The position numbers were made by a program, and so were the translations under genes. The notes under the pieces are model-generated. The model was not told the DNA's origin. It worked only from the letters and a program-made list of their open reading frames with translations, and did not search any database. A stretch of DNA of 64,000 bases from Bradyrhizobiaceae bacterium (GTDB lineage: Bacteria; Pseudomonadota; Alphaproteobacteria; Rhizobiales; Xanthobacteraceae): assembly GCA_003963435.1 (NCBI GenBank), contig RXJC01000024.1:6356-70355 (forward strand), written 5' to 3'. Below are positions 1 through 7,881 of this stretch, piece after piece; the stretch's first letter is position 1, and each line of letters starts with the position of its first letter.

Positions 1-359
1 ACGGTCGCCTCCGAAAAACCGGAGCCGTAGAACGAGCTCGCGGCATGACAGAGGTGATGGTCGTAGAGCTCGATCTTCGGGCTGTGGCCGAACTGATACC
101 TGAAATATTCGGTGAGGCGCTGGCTGTAGTTCGTATAGGTCTTCAGCGGCGAGCAGATCCAGTCGACCTCGCGCATGGTGATGCCGGCCTGCTTCAGGCA
201 GAATCCGATCGCCCCGCGCGGCAGCTCGCCGCGCGCATGCTTGGCCAGCGTGAAGCGCTCCTCCTCCGCAGCCGCGATCAATTCTCCGTCGCGCAGCAAC
301 ACCGCGGCGCCGTCGTGGTGCCCGTGCTTGATCCCCGAGCTGATTCCGATCACATACAT
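1..359 (-). CDS. Carbamoyltransferase, NodU/CmcH/TobZ family (N-terminal part, runs off window)
   Basis: Not in the ORF track. Manual minus-strand translation from ATG at 359 gives MYVIGISSGIKHGHHDGAAVLLRDGELIAAAEEERFTLAKH...IELYDHHLCHAASSFYGSGF, with the HD.AA, EEERF and HH..HAAS motifs of the family. Confidence 0.9.
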   Translation of the reverse strand, partial: MYVIGISSGIKHGHHDGAAVLLRDGELIAAAEEERFTLAKHARGELPRGAIGFCLKQAGITMREVDWICSPLKTYTNYSQRLTEYFRYQFGHSPKIELYDHHLCHAASSFYGSGFSEAT

Positions 360-556
360 GTTGCCTAGACCCTTCGGGAGCCTTCTATAGAAACCGCCGC
401 CAATGTAAATCGGCTACGGCCCGACCGAAGTGCTTGATGCCGGCCGTTTTAACCCGGTGTCGCCGGGAGCAGGAACCTTGCATCGTCCCTGCCGCTCCCG
501 TATTACCAACCTTGCTGCGATATGGCCTGGAATTGGCCCTTCCTGGACCCCAAAAC

Positions 557-1933
557 GTGCTTGAACGAACCCTCGTCACCATCGCCGAGACCGAGACCAT
601 TGAGGAGGCCTTCCGGCGCCTGAATGCGAATATGCTCGGCATCCTGTTCGCGCAGGACGCGAGCGGACGAATCGTCGGCGCTGTGACCGACGGCGACATC
701 CGCAGGCGCATGCTGACCGGCACCACGATCCAGGATCTGGTTGCGTCCTGCATCAACCGCAACTTCGTCTGGGCGAGGGCCGGCGGTCCGCGCGAACAGA
801 TCCTCAAATTGCTCGACCAGCGCGTGCACGTGGTGCCGATCCTCGATAGCGAGGGACGGCTGGTCGACGTGTTCAGCCGCGAGCTGTTCAACCTGTCCGA
901 GGAGAGTGAGGTGTTCGCGCGCGCCCGCTCTCCGGTGCGCATCAGCTTCTCCGGCGGCGGAACCGACCTGACGCACTATTTCGTGGAGAACGACGGCGGC
1001 GCTGTCATCAACGCCACCATCAAGATGTACGCTCACGCGACGCTGCGGCGCCGGAGCGATTCCAGCATCCGGATCTATTCGCATGATTTCCGCCGCACCA
1101 TCGAGGCCGACAGCCTCGCAGAGCTCGGAACGGACGGAGAGCTTGCGTTGATCAAGTCCGTCGTGCGCCTGATCAAGCCGACTTACGGCTTCGAGCTCGA
1201 GGTCTCCGCCGACTTCCCGGTCGGCTCCGGCCTCGGCGGCTCGGCGGTGGTCACCTCCGCCATCATCGGCTGCTTCAACGAATTCCGCAGCGACCAGTGG
1301 GATCGCCACGAGATCGCGGAGATGGCGTTCCAGGCCGAGCGGCTGATGCTCAACATCCCCGGCGGCTGGCAGGATCAGTACGCCACCGTGTTCGGCGGCT
1401 TCAATCACATGGAGTTCTTCTCCGACCAGAATACCATCGTGCCGCTGCGTCTCGATCCGAACATCATCGCCGAGCTCGAGGAGAGCCTGGTGCTCTGCTA
1501 CACCGGCTCGGGCCGCGATTCCGGCGCCATTCATCGCGACCAGAAGGCGCAGCACGAGACCAGCGACGCCGTCGCCGCAGCCGCCAAGCAGAAGGAAGTG
1601 ACGCGCGACATCCGTCGGCACCTCCTGCGCGGGCAGCTCCTGGAATGCGGCCGGCTGATCGACGAGGCCTGGCACGCCAAGCGGAAGCTGAGCTCGAAGA
1701 TCTCTTCGGACGCGATCGATGCGATCTACGACTTCGCCAAGCAGCACGGCGCGGTCGGCGGCAAGCTACTGGGCGCCGGCGGCGGCGGCTATTTCTTGTT
1801 CTTCGTACGCCCGTTCGAGCGCTACCAGCTCATCGCCGCGCTGGAACAACAGGGGCATAGCTGTTCGCGCATCATGTTCGAAGAGAACGGGCTGCGAACG
1901 TGGAAATCGCGCTTTCCCGCGCGATTTGCCTGA
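557..1933 (+). CDS. CBS-domain + GHMP sugar kinase (HddA-like heptose-7-phosphate kinase)
   Basis: N-terminal CBS pair (GAVTDGDIRR). Kinase motifs PVRISFSGGGTD, PVGSGLGGS, GGWQDQYA, GGKLLGAGGGG. GTG start at 557 chosen over 434. Confidence 0.85.
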   Translation: MLERTLVTIAETETIEEAFRRLNANMLGILFAQDASGRIVGAVTDGDIRRRMLTGTTIQDLVASCINRNFVWARAGGPREQILKLLDQRVHVVPILDSEGRLVDVFSRELFNLSEESEVFARARSPVRISFSGGGTDLTHYFVENDGGAVINATIKMYAHATLRRRSDSSIRIYSHDFRRTIEADSLAELGTDGELALIKSVVRLIKPTYGFELEVSADFPVGSGLGGSAVVTSAIIGCFNEFRSDQWDRHEIAEMAFQAERLMLNIPGGWQDQYATVFGGFNHMEFFSDQNTIVPLRLDPNIIAELEESLVLCYTGSGRDSGAIHRDQKAQHETSDAVAAAAKQKEVTRDIRRHLLRGQLLECGRLIDEAWHAKRKLSSKISSDAIDAIYDFAKQHGAVGGKLLGAGGGGYFLFFVRPFERYQLIAALEQQGHSCSRIMFEENGLRTWKSRFPARFA

Positions 1934-1949
1934 CGGATATGAGACGAGA

Positions 1950-3875
1950 ATGTTGATGACATCGCCCAACCAGCCTGCTCCGGTCCGCATCGGCAACCGT
2001 CTTCTGGGCGACGGCGAACCCTGCTACGTCATCGCCGAGATCGGCAACAACCACAATGGCGACTTCGATCGCGCCATCGCGCTGGTCGATGCCGCGATTG
2101 CCGCGGGCGCCGACTGCGCCAAGTTCCAGATGCGCAAGCTCGACGAGGTCTATCGTGCGTCGAGCCTGTCCGGCAAGGACGATGACCTCGCCGTCGAATA
2201 CACGCTCGATCTGTTGCGGCGCTTCGAGCTTCCGACCGCGCAGCAGAAGAAGATCGCCGAGTACTGTGCAGCTAAGGGCATCCAGTATCTCTGCACGCCC
2301 TGGGACGCGAGCAGCGTCGCCGTGCTCGAAGGCTTCGGCGTGCAGGCCTACAAGGTCGCCTCGGCCGACCTCACCAACCTGCCGCTGCTCGCGCGTCTCG
2401 CCGCTACCGGCAAGACGCTGATCGTCTCCACCGGCATGAGCACGACCGACGAGATCAAGGCCGCGTCGAAATTCCTCGACGAGCGTAACGCGAGCTACGT
2501 GCTGCTGCATTGCCAAAGCACCTATCCGGCCGCACTCCACAACATCCACCTGCGTTTCATGGAAACGTTGCGCGAGATCCATCCGGTCGTCGGCTATTCC
2601 GGTCACGAGCGCGGCATAGCGGTGTCCATCGCCGCCGTTGCGCTCGGCGCCGTCGTCATTGAACGCCACATCACGCTCGACCGCGAGATGGAAGGCCCGG
2701 ACCATGCCGCGAGCCTGGAGCCGGAGGAGTTCAAGTCGCTGGTCTCGGGCATCCGCGAGGTGGAAGCCGCGCGCGGCGAGAAGCTGGCCGAGCGCGCGCT
2801 GAGCCAGGGCGAATTGATCAACCGCGAAAACCTCGCCAAAAGCCTGGTGGCCGCGCGCGACCTTGCGGCCGGCACCGTGATCTCCGAAGCCGATATCGCG
2901 GTGAAGAGCCCGGGACAGGGCCTGTCGCCGCTGAAGATGCCGGCGCTGCTGGGCCGCAAGCTGATGCGGACCATGGCGGCCGACGACTATTTCTTCCAGA
3001 GCGACCTCGACGAAGGTGCGGCAAAGGCACGGCGATACCGCTTCGACCGCCCCTGGGGCGTGCCCGTGCGCTATCACGACACCGAGCGCTTCCTGGAGAT
3101 CTGCGAGCCCGACATCATCGAATTCCATCTCAGCTACAGCGACATGGAGCGCGATCCGGCAGCCTACCTCTCCGGCACCTACGACCTCGGCTTTGTCGTG
3201 CACGCGCCCGAGCTGTTTGCCGGCTCCAAGCTGATGGACCTCGCAACGCCGGACGAGGCGCTGCGGCGCTATTCACTGGAGCAGACCCAGGCGGTGATCG
3301 ACATCACCCGCGGCCTGAAGAAGTACTTTCCCAAGACCAAGCGCCCGCCGATCGTCGCCAATATCGGCGGCTTCACCATGGACGAGCCGCTGCCGCCGGA
3401 GGAGAAGGCCGAGCGCTACCGCATCTTCGCGCAGAGCCTGACCGAGCTCGACATGGAGGGCGTCGAACTGACGCCGCAGACCATGGCGCCGTTCCCCTGG
3501 CATTTCGGCGGCCAGCGCCACCAGAACATCTTCATCTTCCCGGACGAGTCGGCGGCCTTCTGCGCCAAGCATGATTTGCGCATGTGCGTCGACATCTCGC
3601 ACACGAAGCTCGCCGCCAATCATTTCGGCTTCGACTTCGCGCAAGGTCTCGCCCGGCTCGGGCCGCACACCGCGCATCTGCATTTCGGCGACGCCAAGGG
3701 ACTCGACGGCGAGGGTCTTCAGATCGGCGAAGGCGAAATCGATTTCGACGAGATCGGAAAGGTGCTGCGCCAGCACGCGCCGACCGCGTCCTTCATTCCG
3801 GAGATCTGGCAGGGCCACAAGAACATGGGCGAAGGCTTCTGGACCGCGCTCGAGCGCCTCGAGGGACACATCTGA
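1950..3875 (+). CDS. NeuB-family ulosonate synthase fused to SAF and C-terminal xylose-isomerase-like TIM barrel
   Basis: YVIAEIGNNHNG, AKFQ, LLHCQSTYP, GYSGHE, ERHITLDR..GPDH. SAF region (KSLVAARDL...KSPGQGLSP). C-terminal TIM barrel with DISH, HLHFGDA, PEIWQGH. Confidence 0.9.
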   Translation: MLMTSPNQPAPVRIGNRLLGDGEPCYVIAEIGNNHNGDFDRAIALVDAAIAAGADCAKFQMRKLDEVYRASSLSGKDDDLAVEYTLDLLRRFELPTAQQKKIAEYCAAKGIQYLCTPWDASSVAVLEGFGVQAYKVASADLTNLPLLARLAATGKTLIVSTGMSTTDEIKAASKFLDERNASYVLLHCQSTYPAALHNIHLRFMETLREIHPVVGYSGHERGIAVSIAAVALGAVVIERHITLDREMEGPDHAASLEPEEFKSLVSGIREVEAARGEKLAERALSQGELINRENLAKSLVAARDLAAGTVISEADIAVKSPGQGLSPLKMPALLGRKLMRTMAADDYFFQSDLDEGAAKARRYRFDRPWGVPVRYHDTERFLEICEPDIIEFHLSYSDMERDPAAYLSGTYDLGFVVHAPELFAGSKLMDLATPDEALRRYSLEQTQAVIDITRGLKKYFPKTKRPPIVANIGGFTMDEPLPPEEKAERYRIFAQSLTELDMEGVELTPQTMAPFPWHFGGQRHQNIFIFPDESAAFCAKHDLRMCVDISHTKLAANHFGFDFAQGLARLGPHTAHLHFGDAKGLDGEGLQIGEGEIDFDEIGKVLRQHAPTASFIPEIWQGHKNMGEGFWTALERLEGHI

Positions 3876-4564
3876 TGGCGCGCAAGACGCTGGCCGTGAT
3901 CGCCGCGCGCGGAGGCTCGAAAGGCATCCCGCACAAGAACCTGCTCGATCTCTGCGGCAAGCCGCTGATCGCCTGGACCGTCGAGCAGGCACGCGCGGCG
4001 CGCGGCGTCGACGTGGTGGCGGTCTCTTCGGACAGCGATCAAATTCTCGCCGCGGCCGAGGCTGCCGGCGCCGTCGGCGTGCGACGTCCGGACGACATTT
4101 CGGGCGATCTCGCCTCCTCCGAATCCGCCTGGCTGCACGCACTCGAAGCGATCGACGAGCGGATGGGACGGTTCGAGCGCATCGTCGCGCTCCAGGCCAC
4201 CTCGCCGATCCGCGAGCCCGGCGACATCGAGACCGCGCTTGCGACCTTCGATCGCGATCATCTCGACAGCCTGCTCGCGGTCTGCGAGGTCGAGGATTAT
4301 TTCAACTGGCGCATCGGCGCTCACGGACCGGAGCCGATCAACTACGACTACCGCAACCGTCGCATGCGACAGCAGATCGAGAAGCGCTATCTCGAGAACG
4401 GCTCGTTCTACGTCCTGATTCCGTCGCTGCTGCGCGAGCAGAACAACCGGCTTGGCGGCAAGATCGGCTTCCACGTGATGGAACGTCACAAGATGTTCCA
4501 GATCGACCGTCCTGAAGACGTCAAGCTTTGTGCCGCCATCATGCGAAGTTACGGTTATGCCTGA
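3875..4564 (+). CDS. Acylneuraminate cytidylyltransferase (CMP-ulosonate synthetase)
   Basis: IAARGGSKGIPHKN, LQATSPIR, YLENGSFY, QIDRPED. TGATG overlap with the upstream gene. Confidence 0.9.
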   Translation: MARKTLAVIAARGGSKGIPHKNLLDLCGKPLIAWTVEQARAARGVDVVAVSSDSDQILAAAEAAGAVGVRRPDDISGDLASSESAWLHALEAIDERMGRFERIVALQATSPIREPGDIETALATFDRDHLDSLLAVCEVEDYFNWRIGAHGPEPINYDYRNRRMRQQIEKRYLENGSFYVLIPSLLREQNNRLGGKIGFHVMERHKMFQIDRPEDVKLCAAIMRSYGYA

Positions 4565-5321
4565 TCTGAGCGCCTTCTCTCTCGCAGGCAAGATCGCGGT
4601 GGTCGCCGGCGCCTCGCGGGGCATCGGCGCGGCCATTGCGACCGGTCTGCGAGATGCGGGCGCCACGGTATTCGGCCTCAGCCGTTCCGGCACCGCTCCC
4701 CAAGGCATCACCGCAATCGCCTGCGATCTCTCCGACGACAAAGCGGTCGAAGGCGCGTTCGGCGTGATCGCGGCGCAAGGCGGACGTATCGACGCATTGG
4801 TCAACGCCGCCGGCATCAGCCTGCCCGCAAAAAACACCGAGAGCGAGCTCGCGCGCTTCCGCGCTACGGTCGCGACCGACCTCACCGGCGTCTACGCCAC
4901 CATTCTCGCCGCCTATCCGCTTCTGAAGGCGGCAGGCTCGGCCGCGATCGTCAACGTCACCAGCATCAACTCGATCCGCGGCTTTCCCGGCAATCCCGGC
5001 TATGTCGCGGCGAAGGCCGGACTCGCCGGGCTGACGCGCGCGCTCGCGGCCGACTACGCGCCCGACGGCATCCGCGTCAACGCGCTTGCGCCGGGCTATG
5101 TCGCGACCGAGATGACCGCGAAGAGTTTTGCCGATCCCGTCATGCACGAAGACAGGCGCCGCCACACCATGCTCGGCCGTTGGGGGCAGCCCGCCGACAT
5201 GGTGGGCGCCGCCATCTTCCTCGCGTCGGAAGCTTCCGCTTACGTGACCGGCCAGGAGATCTTCGTCGATGGCGGCTGGATCGCCAAAGGCCTCGCCATC
5301 AGCTCGGACAGCAAATCGTGA
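4557..5321 (+). CDS. SDR family oxidoreductase
   Basis: GASRGIG, NAAG, YVAAK, NALAPG, VDGG. Confidence 0.9.
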   Translation: MPDLSAFSLAGKIAVVAGASRGIGAAIATGLRDAGATVFGLSRSGTAPQGITAIACDLSDDKAVEGAFGVIAAQGGRIDALVNAAGISLPAKNTESELARFRATVATDLTGVYATILAAYPLLKAAGSAAIVNVTSINSIRGFPGNPGYVAAKAGLAGLTRALAADYAPDGIRVNALAPGYVATEMTAKSFADPVMHEDRRRHTMLGRWGQPADMVGAAIFLASEASAYVTGQEIFVDGGWIAKGLAISSDSKS

Positions 5322-6166
5322 CCGCAACGCTGCAACGCATCGGATTCATGCAAGGACGGCTCTCGGCCCTGGTCGACGGCAAGATCCAGGCGTTCCCGTG
5401 GAACGAATGGCGCGAGGAATTCCCGCGCGCGAAGGAGCTCGGCCTGACGCGAATGGAATGGACCATCGATCAGGAACGGCTGCGCGAGAACCCGCTGACG
5501 ACCGAGCAAGGGCAGCAGGAGATTCTGGCCCTGTCGCGCCAGAACGGCGTGCGCATTCCGAGCCTGACCGGCGATTGCTTCATGCAGGCGCCATTCTGGA
5601 AGGTCGATGCCGTCGTGCGCGACGCCCTCGTTGCCGATCTCGACCTGCTGATCGCCGCCTGCAGCCGCATCGGCATCGAGTTCGTCGTGATCCCGCTGGT
5701 CGACAACGGCAAGATCGAGCGAGAGAGCGAGAGCGACACGTTGAAGCGCGTGCTGCTGGCTCGGCAGGAGTCGCTGACGAAGCAGAACGTCAAGATCGTG
5801 TTCGAATCCGATCTGCCGCCGCGCGAGCTGGCGACGTTCATGAACGCCTTTCCGCCGTCCGTCTTCGGCATCAACTACGACAGCGGCAACAGCGCTTCGC
5901 TCGGCTATGACAGCAAGGAGGAGATCGCCGCCTACGCGCCGCGCATCCTCAATGTACATGTGAAGGACCGCATTCGCGGCGGCACCACCGTGCCGCTCGG
6001 CAGCGGCAACGCCGACCTTGCCAAGACGATCCGCCTGATCGAGCGCTCCGGCTACAAGGGTCAATACATTCTGCAGACCGCCCGCGCCGCCGACGGCGAT
6101 CACGCCGGCGCGCTGGCGAGATATCGCGACATGACGGCCGGCTGGATCGAGGACGCGGCACGATGA
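5318..6166 (+). CDS. Sugar-phosphate isomerase/epimerase (xylose-isomerase-like TIM barrel)
   Basis: IGFMQGRLS, EWTID, GDCFMQAPF, INYDSGNS, NVHVKDR, TVPLGSG. GTGA overlap. Confidence 0.8.
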   Translation: MTATLQRIGFMQGRLSALVDGKIQAFPWNEWREEFPRAKELGLTRMEWTIDQERLRENPLTTEQGQQEILALSRQNGVRIPSLTGDCFMQAPFWKVDAVVRDALVADLDLLIAACSRIGIEFVVIPLVDNGKIERESESDTLKRVLLARQESLTKQNVKIVFESDLPPRELATFMNAFPPSVFGINYDSGNSASLGYDSKEEIAAYAPRILNVHVKDRIRGGTTVPLGSGNADLAKTIRLIERSGYKGQYILQTARAADGDHAGALARYRDMTAGWIEDAAR

Positions 6167-6924
6167 AGCTGGAGCTGAACGACCGCGTCGCGCTCGTCAC
6201 CGGCGCCAGCCGCGGCATCGGGCTCGCAATCGCTACGACGTTCGCGGCGGAAGGCGCCAAGGTCGCACTCGCGGCGCGAGGAGCCGATGCGCTGAACGCC
6301 GCACGCGCGATCATCGGTGGCTCCGCGTCCGTCCACGTCGCCGACGTCACTGACCCCACCGTTGCCAAAGCGCTGGTCGCGGGCGTCGAGAAGCAATGGG
6401 GACGGCTCGACGTCCTGGTCTGCAATGTCGGGAGCGGCGCCTCCGTGCCGCCGGGCAAGGAAACCGCAGCGGAATGGTCGCGGGTGATCGACCTCAATCT
6501 GTTCGCCGCGACCAACATGATCGAGGCCGCTCGGCCGCTGATGGCACGCGGCAGCGGCGACCGCGCGATCGTCTGCATCTCATCGATCGCCGGCATGGCG
6601 GCCCTTGGCGCGCCCGTGACCTATTACGGTGCGAAGGCCGCCCTGAATGCGACTGTTCGCGGTCTCGCACGTCCGCTGGCGCTGGAGGGAATCCGCATCA
6701 ATGCGGTCGCGCCCGGGAACATCCTGAGCGCGGCCGGCACCTGGGCGCGCAAGATCGCGGAAGACAAGCAGGCCGTCGACGACATGCTCCAGCGCGAGGT
6801 GGCGCTGCGCCGACTTGGAACGCCCGAGGAGATCGCCGACGTCGTGACCTTCCTTGCCTCGCCCCGCGCCGCCTTCATCACCGGCAGCGTGGTGGTGGCG
6901 GACGGCGGCCAGCTCAGAAGCTGA
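6163..6924 (+). CDS. SDR family oxidoreductase
   Basis: TGASRGIG, CNVGSG, YYGAK, NAVAPGNI, ADGGQ. Confidence 0.9.
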   Translation: MKLELNDRVALVTGASRGIGLAIATTFAAEGAKVALAARGADALNAARAIIGGSASVHVADVTDPTVAKALVAGVEKQWGRLDVLVCNVGSGASVPPGKETAAEWSRVIDLNLFAATNMIEAARPLMARGSGDRAIVCISSIAGMAALGAPVTYYGAKAALNATVRGLARPLALEGIRINAVAPGNILSAAGTWARKIAEDKQAVDDMLQREVALRRLGTPEEIADVVTFLASPRAAFITGSVVVADGGQLRS

Positions 6925-6937
6925 ACAGGAGCCCTCG

Positions 6938-7777
6938 ATGGCAAATCCCTCCTCGCGCTACGACCTGACCGGACGGACCGCGCTCGTGACCGGCGCGGGC
7001 GGTCTGCTGGGCAAGCAGCATGTCGCCGCACTGTCCGAGGCCGGTGCGCGCGTCGTCGTCACCGACGTCGGGCTCGCACAGGCTGACGCAGCCGTTGCCG
7101 CACTCAAGCAGAACGCGCCGTCCGCCGACCTGATCGCACTCGCGATCGACGTCACCTCACAGGATTCGGTACGCGCCGCGAGCGAGCAGCTTGCAGGCCG
7201 CGGCGTCACTATCGACATCCTCGTCAACAACGCCGCGATCGACCCGAAGGTGACGTCGAGCCCTGGCGTCATGCACTCCTCGCGCTTCGAGGCGTTTCCG
7301 GTGCCGCAATGGCAGACCGAGATCGCCGTCGGCCTGACCGGCGCGATGCTGTGCGCGCAAGTGTTCGGCGGCGAGATGGCGAGACGCGGTCGCGGCGTGA
7401 TCCTCAACATCGCCTCCGATCTCGGCGTGATCGCGCCGGACCAGCGGCTGTACCGCCAGCCGCAGGTCACGCGCGAGGAAGAGCAGCCGGTGAAGCCCGT
7501 GACTTATTCGGTGATCAAGCACGGACTGATCGGCTTGACCAAATACCTGGCGACCTACTGGGCCGATCACGGGGTGCGCGTCAACGCGATCTCGCCGGGG
7601 GGCGTCTTCAACAACCAGGACCCGGCCTTCGTCGAGCGACTGACGCGCCTGATTCCGATGGGCCGCATGGCCGATGTCGATGAATACCGCGCGGCTGTGC
7701 AATTCCTCTGCTCGGATGCCTCCAGCTACATGACGGGACAGAATCTCGTCATGGATGGGGGGCGCAGCGTCTGGTAA
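6938..7777 (+). CDS. SDR oxidoreductase, PtmA-like
   Basis: TGAGGLLG, NNAA, APDQRLY, YSVIKHGLIGLTKYLATYW. Resembles the SDR at 26111. AGGAG RBS. Confidence 0.85.
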   Translation: MANPSSRYDLTGRTALVTGAGGLLGKQHVAALSEAGARVVVTDVGLAQADAAVAALKQNAPSADLIALAIDVTSQDSVRAASEQLAGRGVTIDILVNNAAIDPKVTSSPGVMHSSRFEAFPVPQWQTEIAVGLTGAMLCAQVFGGEMARRGRGVILNIASDLGVIAPDQRLYRQPQVTREEEQPVKPVTYSVIKHGLIGLTKYLATYWADHGVRVNAISPGGVFNNQDPAFVERLTRLIPMGRMADVDEYRAAVQFLCSDASSYMTGQNLVMDGGRSVW

Positions 7778-7881
7778 CAGAACCAGAACCACGCGCGACC
7801 GCTTCCCTCCCGAGGACATCGCCGACTGGGCCGCTCGATCGCGATCCCCATGCCGGACCCGAAACCGATCAGGCATCTCAA

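Noticed and set aside
503-6596. Long antisense ORFs (503..1747, 1872..3203, 3719..4885 and similar ones throughout the window)
   Set aside because: They shadow well-supported genes, as expected from high-GC codon bias, and contain no motifs.
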